Source: Ktedonobacterales bacterium (GTDB lineage Bacteria; Chloroflexota; Ktedonobacteria; Ktedonobacterales; JADMIN01). From it: DNA of 32,000 bases. Under the pieces are notes generated by a model. That model did no database searches. It worked only from the letters and a program-made list of their open reading frames with translations, and had not been told where the DNA came from. The position numbers and the translations under genes are program-made. Position 1 is the stretch's first letter. Each line of letters begins with the position of its first letter. Location of the stretch: positions 1,470,001-1,502,000 of the forward strand of contig CP126532.1 in assembly GCA_030167145.1 (NCBI GenBank). Reading direction: 5' to 3'. This document shows, in pieces, positions 23,067 through 31,615 of this stretch.

Positions 23067-23199
23067 TGTGATATGCCACCTCGGTGCTGCGCCCGTCACA
23101 ATGGTGGAGGTCGCAAGCAGGGAGCTTACGGGAGGTGCGGTATCGCGACCCAGTGATGTGCCGTGTAGTGGATGTTGGCAGGCAAATGGGAGGTCTATC

Positions 23200-24207
23200 G
23201 TGTTCGCAAAGAGCCGAAAGCGCGTCCTTGCGGTGGGCGCAGTGATCACGGCCTGTGTCGCGTTGCTGGTCGTCTGGGCGACGGTCCCGGTCGGCGCGAC
23301 GCCATTGAGCGCGGATAACACGCTGGCGGCGGGGACGCCGCACATGTTGAAGGTGCATCACGCCGGCGATGCGCTGCCGGGCGCAGGTGTACCCCTGACG
23401 TACCATAAGGGCAAAGTGATGCAGGCGCAGGAGATCAGCTATGCGATCTTCTGGGAGCCGTCGAACCTGCAAAACGGCAACGCGACTCAAGTCAGCCCGA
23501 CGTACAACAGCCTGCTCAAGCAGTACCTCGGCGATGTGGGCGGCAATGGGCTGTACAACAATAACACCCAGTATTACCAGGTCGTCAGCGGAGCCAAGAA
23601 GTTCATCATCAACAAGTCGTCGTTCGGCGGCGCCTGGGTGGATACGTCCGCATATCCGGCGTCTGGCTGCACCGATAGCGCCACGCCGGGCAACTGCGTG
23701 ACCGACCTGCAAATTCAGGCCGAGGTGGCCAAGGCCATCTCCACCAAGGGCTGGAGCGCGGGACTGACACACATGTTCTTTGTCTTCACCTCGTCTGGCG
23801 AAGGCTCGTGCTTCGATGGCTCCAGCACCACCTGCGCGTTCACAGACTATTGCGCGTACCACAACTACTACACCAACACCAGCGGCCACCCGGTGATCTA
23901 TGCCAATATGCCCTACACCGGCACGTCGCTCGCTGGCTGCGGTGTCTCGAAGTCACCCAACAACGACGTCGCCGCCGACAGCACCATCAACGTCACCAGC
24001 CACGAGCAGATGGAAGCCGTCACCGACCCACGGCTCAACGCCTGGTACGATTCCAGCGGCGCGGAGATCGGCGACAAGTGCGCGTGGAACTTCGGCACGC
24101 TGAGCTACGACGGCGGCAAGGCCAACGAGAGTTGGAACGGCCACTTCTACATCCTGCAGCAGGAGTGGGACAACTCCACGGGCGGCTGTGTTCAGGCCGG
24201 GCCATAA
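23200..24207 (+). CDS. Exported PHI-1/EXORDIUM-like (phosphate-induced protein 1 family) protein
   Basis: GTG 23200 is preceded by GGGAGG (23188-23193). Signal/anchor VFAKSRKRVLAVGAVITACVALLVVWATVPVGA. Blocks LTYHKGKVMQAQEISYAIFWEP, MFFVFTSSGEG..C..YCAYHN, SPNNDVAADSTINVTSHEQMEAVTDP and GDKCAWNFG are collinear with plant EXO blocks as I recall them (YHKGALL..ISINLIWYG, VVLTSADV..C..CGSHG, PNNDVGLDGMVINLA...TNP, SACTGVYG). The family call needs an HMM check. Confidence 0.62.
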   Translation: MFAKSRKRVLAVGAVITACVALLVVWATVPVGATPLSADNTLAAGTPHMLKVHHAGDALPGAGVPLTYHKGKVMQAQEISYAIFWEPSNLQNGNATQVSPTYNSLLKQYLGDVGGNGLYNNNTQYYQVVSGAKKFIINKSSFGGAWVDTSAYPASGCTDSATPGNCVTDLQIQAEVAKAISTKGWSAGLTHMFFVFTSSGEGSCFDGSSTTCAFTDYCAYHNYYTNTSGHPVIYANMPYTGTSLAGCGVSKSPNNDVAADSTINVTSHEQMEAVTDPRLNAWYDSSGAEIGDKCAWNFGTLSYDGGKANESWNGHFYILQQEWDNSTGGCVQAGP

Positions 24208-24243
24208 TCCAACCCATCCCTGGCGCTTCGTATGAGCGCATGT

Positions 24244-24287
24244 GGCCGACTCCAACCGTGTCGTTGGGTTCGGCCATTTTGTTTTGT
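24244..24287 (+). terminator. Rho-independent terminator after the EXORDIUM-like gene
   Basis: GGCCGACTCCAAC-cgtgtc-GTTGGGTTCGGCC forms a 13-position stem with 1 mismatch and 1 G-T pair. It is followed by ATTTTGTTTTGTG. Confidence 0.6.
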
Positions 24288-24412
24288 GCCGCTTTCCCTT
24301 ATCACGAATCACGAACAATACTCGCGACCTCGATAGTTTAGAAAGTACAGAGCATTCTCCGCACGATATGAAGCATTCTCGCAAGTGAAATGCAGCAACC
24401 GTGAAGAACAAA

Positions 24413-24441
24413 TTGACAGACGCAGGCAAGAAGTGTATGCT
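24413..24441 (+). promoter_or_regulatory. Sigma-70-like promoter upstream of the heptamer tract and exported-protein gene
   Basis: TTGACA (24413-24418), a 17-nt spacer, then TATGCT (24436-24441). It sits in a locally AT-richer stretch. Confidence 0.4.
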
Positions 24442-24534
24442 CTGCGACAGAGCGGTAAAAGCTCGTCCAGCGGTGTGCTGGATTGTCAGGTCATCATGGG
24501 CATCTCTAGAGAAACGGAAGTGGAGGTATCCTAT

Positions 24535-24568
24535 GGCGTTGGGCGTTGGGCGTTGGGCGTTGGGCGTG
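24535..24568 (+). repeat. Heptanucleotide tandem repeat (GGCGTTG) x4 plus a partial fifth unit
   Basis: Full units at 24535-24541, 24542-24548, 24549-24555 and 24556-24562, then ggcgtg. The tract starts at the last base of an SD-equipped ATG (24533). Confidence 0.9.
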
Positions 24569-24632
24569 TAATGCCTGCAAGCAGTTCGCGCAAGTCCTCT
24601 TTGCGCGAGTCCGATTTCGCGCGGTTCGTGTT

Positions 24633-25583
24633 ATGGTGCTTGGTGTGCTAATCGCATCGTTCTGTTCCATTTTTGTGAATCTCCATCTATCTCCCGTGCA
24701 TGCTGCGACCGAACCACCAGCGGACTGGAGCTTCTATGTGCAAATGGCAGACACGACGACAGCGTACAATCTTGGCCATAACCAGGGCACCTACGATGCC
24801 AGCCACAGTAACAGCAATAGCGAGGTTGTCCTCGACTTCGGCGGCCAGAAGTCTGATCTCAGTGGCGCGATCATGGTATTCAACGCGGGAGATATCTCGA
24901 ACGCTCAGATCGAGAGTGTGGCCGAAAATTTCGCGCGCGGTTACTATGGTGGCACTGGGGCGGATACCATTTCCGTGCTGACGCTTGGCATCGGCACCAA
25001 CAACTCTGCCTACCACGTGGACTACAACGGTGGCTACCAGTGGGCGCAGTTGGTGGGCACGATCAATACCTATGTTCAGCAGCAGGGATGGGGCACGCAA
25101 GTCCACGTGATCGGCGCCAACGACATCGAGCCAGGTTTCGATGATTACGCGGATACCTACAACTGGGTGCAAGGCTATGCAGGGTATGGCAGCGCCTACC
25201 TCAATTACGGCTCCGCCGATGGCTGTTCGCAAACCGATTCGTCGGGCACCAGCGCATGCAACAATGGCATCGGCGGATGGACGCAAGCCGATGTCTGGTA
25301 TGTGAGTTGGGGAGCCTTCCCAGCCATGCCCCTCCCCGAGATCTACTACTCGTCTATGGCGCTGCAATGGACGATGATCAGCCTCTACGGCGCACAGCAC
25401 AAAGGGGGCGCGGTGCCCATGCAAGGACCATGGGACGAATACGACGAATGTCCCTCCACCCTGACCTCAGCGCAGGCCTGGACCGATTTCTCGAACGACC
25501 TGAACAGTTACTCCCAGACCAAGCAGACCATGCCCTACGCCGCCGAGATCCACACCGAGGGCTCGAACACACAAAGATGTTAA
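24633..25583 (+). CDS. Exported protein of unknown function
   Basis: The frame is open from 24546 (TTG). The first in-frame ATG, 24633, gives MVLGVLIASFCSIFVNLHLSPVHA/ATEPP, a signal-peptide-like sequence. The mature part is rich in G, Y, N, W and D with no family I recognise. The start is uncertain; see the heptamer-tract finding. Confidence 0.6.
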   Translation: MVLGVLIASFCSIFVNLHLSPVHAATEPPADWSFYVQMADTTTAYNLGHNQGTYDASHSNSNSEVVLDFGGQKSDLSGAIMVFNAGDISNAQIESVAENFARGYYGGTGADTISVLTLGIGTNNSAYHVDYNGGYQWAQLVGTINTYVQQQGWGTQVHVIGANDIEPGFDDYADTYNWVQGYAGYGSAYLNYGSADGCSQTDSSGTSACNNGIGGWTQADVWYVSWGAFPAMPLPEIYYSSMALQWTMISLYGAQHKGGAVPMQGPWDEYDECPSTLTSAQAWTDFSNDLNSYSQTKQTMPYAAEIHTEGSNTQRC

Positions 25584-25651
25584 GAAGTGGTCGCGAGTGT
25601 ACTCGCAGTCGTTGAAGCATTTTGGTTCGAGAGAGATGAAGGAGACCCAGC

Positions 25652-26275
25652 ATGGGCACACAACCACAACCCAAGATTCGCTTTCCTAAATGGTCGGTGC
25701 GGCACGGTAGCGCCCGCGTACTGCTGCTCAGTGCGGCGGTGGTCCTCGCGCTGCTGACCGGCGGTGTGCTCGTCTCGCAGCGGGTGATTTTGGCGGGCGA
25801 CAGCTCCGCGAAGTATCCTGCCGCCAAGGCGACCTACATGGCGCGTTATCAACAAGCGCAGGCCACCGCGCAGGCCAAATACCCGACAGCGAGCAAAGGA
25901 GGCCCCACCATTTACACACCCTCCTCACCGCAGCCAACCCCAACCTTCCAGGCAGGAATCGTTGATACGCACGAAGGACCCTTCCCCGCCTGTGACCTCA
26001 CGGTACGCAACGCCTGGCAGGGGCAGGTGAGTGGCGTCTGGGAACTCGTGTACGCGGGTGTGGTCTATTCCGATAAGGCGATGTGCACCGGAGGACAGGG
26101 TGGGCTGCGCATCTACAATAGAGTGAGCACCGCCAGTCTGGGTACGTTCTTAGCGCCTGCGGGCACGAGCGCGCTAACCATCACGGCGGTCAACGGCGTG
26201 GTGATGCAGTTGCGCTCCGATACCGGCCAGATCCTCACCTTCAACCTGCAAACCCATCAATACGCCGCCGGATAA
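25652..26275 (+). CDS. N-terminally membrane-anchored protein of unknown function
   Basis: ATG 25652 is preceded by AGGAG (25640-25644). Anchor VLLLSAAVVLALLTGGVLV, then a ~150-aa extracytoplasmic region with no recognisable motif. Confidence 0.6.
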   Translation: MGTQPQPKIRFPKWSVRHGSARVLLLSAAVVLALLTGGVLVSQRVILAGDSSAKYPAAKATYMARYQQAQATAQAKYPTASKGGPTIYTPSSPQPTPTFQAGIVDTHEGPFPACDLTVRNAWQGQVSGVWELVYAGVVYSDKAMCTGGQGGLRIYNRVSTASLGTFLAPAGTSALTITAVNGVVMQLRSDTGQILTFNLQTHQYAAG

Positions 26276-26291
26276 TCGGCTTTGCGTGCAG

Positions 26292-26338
26292 GACGCCCGG
26301 ATGACGGCTATGAGGCCGCGTCCGGGCGTCTCATTTGG
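26292..26338 (+). terminator. Possible terminator hairpin after the 25652-26275 gene
   Basis: GACGCCCGGA (26292-26301) pairs perfectly with TCCGGGCGTC (26321-26330) around a 19-nt loop. It is followed by TCATTTGGG, a weak tail. Confidence 0.4.
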
Positions 26339-26355
26339 GCTTGTGCGGGGCCTGG

Positions 26356-26384
26356 TTGCGGCGGCGTGGCGCGCATTGTACAAT
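26356..26384 (+). promoter_or_regulatory. Possible argJD promoter overlapping a 10-bp palindrome
   Basis: TTGCGG (26356-26361), a 17-nt spacer, then TACAAT (26379-26384). The -10 box lies inside the perfect palindrome ATTGTACAAT (26375-26384). Confidence 0.35.
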
Positions 26385-26523
26385 ATGCTGGCCTTGTTCA
26401 ATAGACATCGCACGTATGCGTCGCGGTCTGCGCCTCCGCCCGCCGGATATCCCCGCACGCGAGCGGACCGCGCCCAGCCGTGCGCCATCGCGCCGCATCG
26501 CGCTCAACGAGGAGCCTAGCCCT

Positions 26524-27783
26524 GTGTCCGAGTCCGAACTGTATCAGGATAGCTATAAGACGCGCGACCTCCCCGCGGGCCTGCGTCTGATCGAAGGCGG
26601 CGTCACCGCCGCGCCCGGCTTCCGCGCCGGAACCCTCTACTGCGGCATCAAGTCCGATCCCACGCCCGACCTGGCGATGCTCGTCGCCGATGAGGTGTGC
26701 CAGGTCGCCGCCACCTTCACCACCAGCCGCACCGCCTCGCACATCATCCATGTGGATAAGGCGCACCTCGCCGCCAGTGGCTATCGGGCGCGGGCCGTCG
26801 TCGTCAACAGCGGCAACGCCAACTGCTCGAATGGGCCGCGCGGTCTGGCGGACGCCCAGCGCATGACGGAACTGACGGCGCAAAAGCTCGGACTCGACCC
26901 TAACCTCGTGCTGGTCTCTTCCACCGGCATCATCGGGCGTCCGCTGCCGATGGAGAAGGTCGAGAGTGGCATCGCCGACATGCAGGTCGCCGACGACGGC
27001 GGCCCCGCCTACTCACGCGGCATCATGACCACCGATACCCGCCCCAAGATCATCGCCGTCGAGTTTGAGCTAGGCGGCACAATAGTGCGCCTGGGCGGCT
27101 CGACCAAAGGTGTCGGCATGATCTACCCCAATATGGCGACGATGCTCTGCTACCTCACCACCAATGCCGTTCTCGATCACGACTTCCAGCACGAAGTCTT
27201 CCGCGCCGCCGTCAACGACTCTTTCAACATGGTCTGCGTGGACCACGACATGTCCACCAATGACTCGGCGTTCCTCTTCGCCAATGGGCAGGCGGGCAAC
27301 GCGCCCGTGCGCGCGGGCACGCCAGAGGCCGAGACCTTCGCGGCGGCGCTGCGCTACGTCACCCGCTACCTCGCCCGCGAGATGGCGCGCGACGGCGAAG
27401 GCGCGACCAAACTGATGATCGTCAAGGTGCGCGGCGCGGCGACCGACGCCGATGCGCGTAAGGCCGCACGCGGCATCACCTCCTCGGCGATCTGGCAGTG
27501 CGCGGTGGCGGGCGGCGATCCCAACTGGGGCCGTGTCATCGCCGCGCTCGGCGCCACTGGCGCCGACGTAGACCATAGCCGGCTCGACATATCCCTGGGG
27601 GACGTGCTGATCGTGCATGAGGGCGTCGCCACGGCCTACGATCAAGCGCAGGCGCAGCAAGCCATGACCGGACCTGATGTTTATGTGAACTTGCATTTAC
27701 ACATGGGCGAGGCCACGGCAACCGCCTGGGGCTGCGACCTGACCCACGGTTATATTGACGAGAACGCGACGTACACCCGCTAG
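26524..27783 (+). CDS. argJ: Bifunctional glutamate N-acetyltransferase / amino-acid acetyltransferase ArgJ
   Basis: GTG 26524 is preceded by GAGGAG (26509-26514), giving 419 aa. Motifs: GVTAAPGFRAGTLYCGIK, VVVNSGNANCSNG, VSSTGIIGRPLP, IMTTDT, GSTKGVGMIYPNMATMLCYLTTNA (autoprocessing Thr), GDPNWGR. The ORF-track start at 26335 is too long. Confidence 0.92.
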   Translation: MSESELYQDSYKTRDLPAGLRLIEGGVTAAPGFRAGTLYCGIKSDPTPDLAMLVADEVCQVAATFTTSRTASHIIHVDKAHLAASGYRARAVVVNSGNANCSNGPRGLADAQRMTELTAQKLGLDPNLVLVSSTGIIGRPLPMEKVESGIADMQVADDGGPAYSRGIMTTDTRPKIIAVEFELGGTIVRLGGSTKGVGMIYPNMATMLCYLTTNAVLDHDFQHEVFRAAVNDSFNMVCVDHDMSTNDSAFLFANGQAGNAPVRAGTPEAETFAAALRYVTRYLAREMARDGEGATKLMIVKVRGAATDADARKAARGITSSAIWQCAVAGGDPNWGRVIAALGATGADVDHSRLDISLGDVLIVHEGVATAYDQAQAQQAMTGPDVYVNLHLHMGEATATAWGCDLTHGYIDENATYTR

Positions 27784-27793
27784 GAGAAGACAC

Positions 27794-29005
27794 ATGGCCA
27801 GCCCTGAAATGATGCGCCAACCTGAGCAGCGCGACTGGGTCGCAATGGAGCGCAAATACTATCAACACACTTTCACCCGCAATCTGGTGATGGAACGCGG
27901 CGAAGGTGTGCGGATCTGGGACGCCAACGGCAAGGTGTACCTCGATCTCGTCGCGGGCATCGCCACGAATGTACTCGGCCACGCCCATCCCAATGTCGTC
28001 CGCGCGATTCAGCAGCAGGCGACCAAGCTGATCCACACCTCGAATCTGTATATCAACGAGCGGCAGGTTGAGCTTGCCGAACTGCTCTACAACGTCAGCG
28101 GCGAGATGAAGTCGTTCTTCTCGAACAGCGGCGCGGAGGCCAACGAAGGCGCGATCAAGCTCGCGCGCAAATATGGGCGCGTGCATCGCAACGGCGCATA
28201 CGGCATCATCAGCATGGAGCGCTCATTCCACGGGCGCACGCTGGCCACCACCGCCGCCACCGGCCAGAAGAAATATCAGGATACCTGGCTGCCCCTGCCT
28301 GACGGCTTTTCGCAGGTGCCTTTCAACGATCTGGATGCCGTGAAAGCTGCGACCACCGACAACACTATCGCCATTCTCGTCGAGGCCGTGCAGGGCGAAG
28401 GCGGCATCCATCCCGCCAGCCAGGAATACATGCGCGGCCTGCGCGCCTGGTGTGATGAGCAGAACCTGGTCCTGATCTGCGATGAGGTGCAGGCGGGCAA
28501 CGGGCGCACCGGCAAGTATTTTAGCTGGCAGCACTACGGTGTCCAGCCCGACATCACCACCACGGCCAAGGGGCTGGCGGGCGGCGTACCCATCGGCGCG
28601 ATGCTGGCCGCGCCGCGCGCCGACATCTTCGAGCCAGGCGACCACGGCACCACCTTCGGCGGCAACGCGATTGCCTGCGCCGCTGGTGTCGCCACCATTC
28701 GCACGATTCTGGAAGAGCATCTGTTGGAGCACGCGACCCAGATGGGCGAGTATCTTGGCGGCAAGATTGACGGGCTGGCCAAAAAATACGACATCATCAC
28801 CGCTACGCGCGGCATCGGCCTGATGCGCGCCTTCGATCTCGCCGAGCCTCGCGCGCAAGAGATCATGGAGCACGCTTCTGAGCGTGGCCTGCTCATCACC
28901 AACGCGGGCCTTGGAACGATTCGCATGATTCCGCCGCTGATCTTGCAGCGGGCTGATGTTGACGAAGCCATCGAAAAACTGGATGCGTCACTCGCGGCGC
29001 TCTAG
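27794..29005 (+). CDS. argD: Acetylornithine aminotransferase ArgD (class III PLP aminotransferase)
   Basis: ATG 27794 is preceded by AGGAG (27783-27787). Motifs: GEGVRIWDANGKVYLDLVAGIATNVLGHAHP, FFSNSGAEANEGAIKLAR, SFHGRT, LICDEVQAGNGRTGK, TTAKGLAGGVPIGA (PLP Lys). The start lies 10 nt after the argJ stop. Confidence 0.92.
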   Translation: MASPEMMRQPEQRDWVAMERKYYQHTFTRNLVMERGEGVRIWDANGKVYLDLVAGIATNVLGHAHPNVVRAIQQQATKLIHTSNLYINERQVELAELLYNVSGEMKSFFSNSGAEANEGAIKLARKYGRVHRNGAYGIISMERSFHGRTLATTAATGQKKYQDTWLPLPDGFSQVPFNDLDAVKAATTDNTIAILVEAVQGEGGIHPASQEYMRGLRAWCDEQNLVLICDEVQAGNGRTGKYFSWQHYGVQPDITTTAKGLAGGVPIGAMLAAPRADIFEPGDHGTTFGGNAIACAAGVATIRTILEEHLLEHATQMGEYLGGKIDGLAKKYDIITATRGIGLMRAFDLAEPRAQEIMEHASERGLLITNAGLGTIRMIPPLILQRADVDEAIEKLDASLAAL

Positions 29006-29049
29006 CATCAATAACTACTTCCCGGAAACGGGCAGAGGAGCTATCCATC

Positions 29050-30477
29050 ATGGCGCAGGACAGCAATTCACCGAACAGCACAGGCGCGGCCAACCCCGCC
29101 CCTGCCAGCGAATATATGAAGCAGGGTAACGCCGCCGCTGCTGACGGCGATTTCGAAGCGGCGGAAGAGGCGTTCGAGCAGGCGGTCGCGGCCAATCCAT
29201 CGGATGCCCGCGCACGCTACAATCTGGCCCTCGCCCGCCAGAACCTGGGCGACCCGGAAGGCGCTATCGCGTCGTACTGGCGTGCGATCCAGATTGACAC
29301 GAACCTGATCGAAGCCTACGTCAATCTCGGCAATCTCTATGGCGAGCTGGGCTTGGACGAAGAAGCGCTGGAAGTCTTCCAGCAAGCGCTGGAGATTGAC
29401 AACACCAGCGACGAACTCTACATCAATTTGGGCGACGCCTACCGCAACCTGGGTTACTTCGATGACGCCATCCTGGCATACCGGCAGGCGCAGATTCTGA
29501 ATCCACAGAATACGCTGGCCACCGACAACCTGACCGATGTGCGCGAGCGGCTCAACGAGCAGGGCGAATATATCGCAGACCTGGAAAAGCGGCTGGACGA
29601 AGACCCCCGCGACCTGGAACGCTACGCCGACCTCGCCACTGCGTACCTTGAAGCGCACCGTGACCAGGACGCGCTCAACCTCGTCAACCAGATGGTAGGG
29701 CTTGACCCCAACGCGCCGCTGACCTACGAGACGCAGGCCAGTGTCTATGAGCAGATGGCCCAGCCCGATGAGGCCGCCGCCGCCTGGCAGCGTGTGGTCG
29801 AGCTTTCGCCCGACGACGCCGAAGCCTGGGAGCACCTGGGCACGTGGCGCGAGGAGCAGGGGCGCATTGATGATTCCGTCGCCGCCTACCGCCGCGCCGC
29901 GGAGCTGCGTCCGGGGTCGGTAGCCGCACGCTTCAGCCTCGCCGAGGTGCTGCGCGATGCCGACCGCTTTGATGAGGCCATCGCCGCCTTTAGCGAACTG
30001 GTGGCAGAGCACAAGGGCAAGCTCGGCGAAGATAGCGAAGAGACGCTGATCGCCGCCTACAACGGGTTGGCCGAATGCCAGAATCTGGCGGAGAAGTACG
30101 ACGACGCCCTGGCCACGGCCAACGCCTGCCTGGAAAGCTTCCCGGAGCAATCCGAGGCGCTGTATGAGCGCGCGTCAGCCCTCGATGGGCTGGGGCGCCA
30201 CGACGAGGCCATCGCCGCGTATGAGAGCGCCCTGCAAGGCGATCCACTGAACGCGGGCATCTGCAATGACCTCGCAGATACCTACCTTCAGGTGGGGCGC
30301 GCGCAGGACGCCATCGAAATGGCGCAGACCGCCATCGCCCTGGAGCCAGGATTTGTGGTGGGCTACGAGACGCTCGCGCAGGCATTCGAGCGCGTGGGCC
30401 GCGCCGCAGAAGCCCAGGAGGCCCGCCGCCAAGCCGAGGAAATCCGCCAGATTCTGGAGGAGGACGACGAGAGCTAG
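29050..30477 (+). CDS. Tetratricopeptide (TPR) repeat protein
   Basis: 475-aa ORF with about 11 consecutive 34-aa TPR units (e.g. ARYNLALARQNLGDPEGAIASYWRAIQIDTNLIE, AYVNLGNLYGELGLDEEALEVFQQALEIDNTSDE) and an acidic C-terminus. Confidence 0.85.
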   Translation: MAQDSNSPNSTGAANPAPASEYMKQGNAAAADGDFEAAEEAFEQAVAANPSDARARYNLALARQNLGDPEGAIASYWRAIQIDTNLIEAYVNLGNLYGELGLDEEALEVFQQALEIDNTSDELYINLGDAYRNLGYFDDAILAYRQAQILNPQNTLATDNLTDVRERLNEQGEYIADLEKRLDEDPRDLERYADLATAYLEAHRDQDALNLVNQMVGLDPNAPLTYETQASVYEQMAQPDEAAAAWQRVVELSPDDAEAWEHLGTWREEQGRIDDSVAAYRRAAELRPGSVAARFSLAEVLRDADRFDEAIAAFSELVAEHKGKLGEDSEETLIAAYNGLAECQNLAEKYDDALATANACLESFPEQSEALYERASALDGLGRHDEAIAAYESALQGDPLNAGICNDLADTYLQVGRAQDAIEMAQTAIALEPGFVVGYETLAQAFERVGRAAEAQEARRQAEEIRQILEEDDES

Positions 30478-30572
30478 CTCAGGCGAGCCAGTGGCATCGC
30501 CTGTTGAGGCGCGTGGCGTGTGGTATGCGGATGGGAACGACAGACTGACCCGTGGTTGAAAGGAGACCGGGA

Positions 30573-31592
30573 ATGTTCTGTATGGGATGTGGGGCGGAGA
30601 CACCGCCACGCGCTGCGGCCTGCCCCGTCTGCGGGCGCGAATTGGGCCGCCCGGTGAGCACGACGCACGCAACATCGGGGGAAGATACCCTGACCCCCCA
30701 TCCCGAACAGATGCGGACGGTACACCCGCCCTCGGCATCCCCGCCCATGCCAAGCATCGCGACCGGCGATCTGGATATGCCCGGCTTTCCGCGCGATGGG
30801 TTAGGCCGTGCCGTCTTATTCACGGCCATCGCGATGATCGTGGATTTCCTTGCGCCGTGGGTCAATGTGGATGGCGTGGCGCAGATCTCGCCATCGGTGC
30901 TCGGCCTGCCGGTTTTGCTGCCCGCGCTGGCGCTGGGGCTAGCGGCGCTCCCGGTGTTCCGCGCGTCACTGCGTGCCCAGCCCCAGTATGCCGCGCTGCC
31001 GCTAGTGATCGGCGCAGTCAGCTTCGGCGCCGCGGCGGTCATCTGGCTGCGTACCTCTTTTGCCGCGCCGCTGCAAGCTGCCCTAGGCAACACCGCTGGC
31101 AATGGTCCGGCGTATGCGGCGCGCATCGGCCTGTATCTCTTCCTGCTGGGCGCCGCCGTTCTCACGATTACCGGGTATCAACTCTTCCTCAATGCCGCCA
31201 CCGCCAGCGCCGCCCAACAGCGCGCCACTACGCCCACGCTAGCACAGAAACCCGCCGTTGGTTCTGCATCTGTGCGATCAGCCACGAGCGTTGCCAGTAC
31301 CCCCGCTCTGCCAGTGAGCGCGCCGCTCGCGTTGGCCGGTACTCTGGCTGATCCCCCCACTGAAGCGGTGATGCTCCCCGTGCAGCCCGTTCCAATGAGC
31401 CAGCTCGCCGACATATCCCCCGCGCCCGTTGCCGCGCCTGCTGTGGATGTCGCGACCGCGCACGAGAATGGACATTCCGGCATTGCGCTACCAGGCAGCC
31501 CCGCTTGGAATCAGGCGCCAGCGCTTCCCTCGCACCAGCGCCCATCTCCGGCGGCTGGCTGGCCGCGCCACCCCAACATGCGCCGTCGCTAG
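30573..31592 (+). CDS. Zinc-ribbon domain membrane protein
   Basis: ATG 30573 is preceded by AGGAG (30561-30565). N-terminal MFCMGCGAETPPRAAACPVCG is a CxxC...CxxC ribbon. About four hydrophobic helices follow (AVLFTAIAMIVDFLAPW, LGLPVLLPALALGLAALPVF, LPLVIGAVSFGAAAVIWL, IGLYLFLLGAAVLTITGY), then an Ala/Pro-rich tail. Confidence 0.65.
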   Translation: MFCMGCGAETPPRAAACPVCGRELGRPVSTTHATSGEDTLTPHPEQMRTVHPPSASPPMPSIATGDLDMPGFPRDGLGRAVLFTAIAMIVDFLAPWVNVDGVAQISPSVLGLPVLLPALALGLAALPVFRASLRAQPQYAALPLVIGAVSFGAAAVIWLRTSFAAPLQAALGNTAGNGPAYAARIGLYLFLLGAAVLTITGYQLFLNAATASAAQQRATTPTLAQKPAVGSASVRSATSVASTPALPVSAPLALAGTLADPPTEAVMLPVQPVPMSQLADISPAPVAAPAVDVATAHENGHSGIALPGSPAWNQAPALPSHQRPSPAAGWPRHPNMRRR

Positions 31593-31615
31593 CCGCCAGC
31601 GAACACGCGAGCGTG

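Noticed and set aside
22969-23889. 306-aa minus-strand ORF opposite the EXORDIUM-like gene
   Set aside because: It has no SD and its Arg/Ala/Gly/Val-rich sequence has no motifs. The plus-strand frame has an SD, a signal peptide, family-like blocks and a downstream terminator.
24385-24651. 88-aa ORF spanning the heptamer tract
   Set aside because: The frame runs through the promoter and SD region and has no SD of its own. The C-terminal part is out of frame with the well-formed signal peptide. It is better explained as non-coding leader plus repeat.
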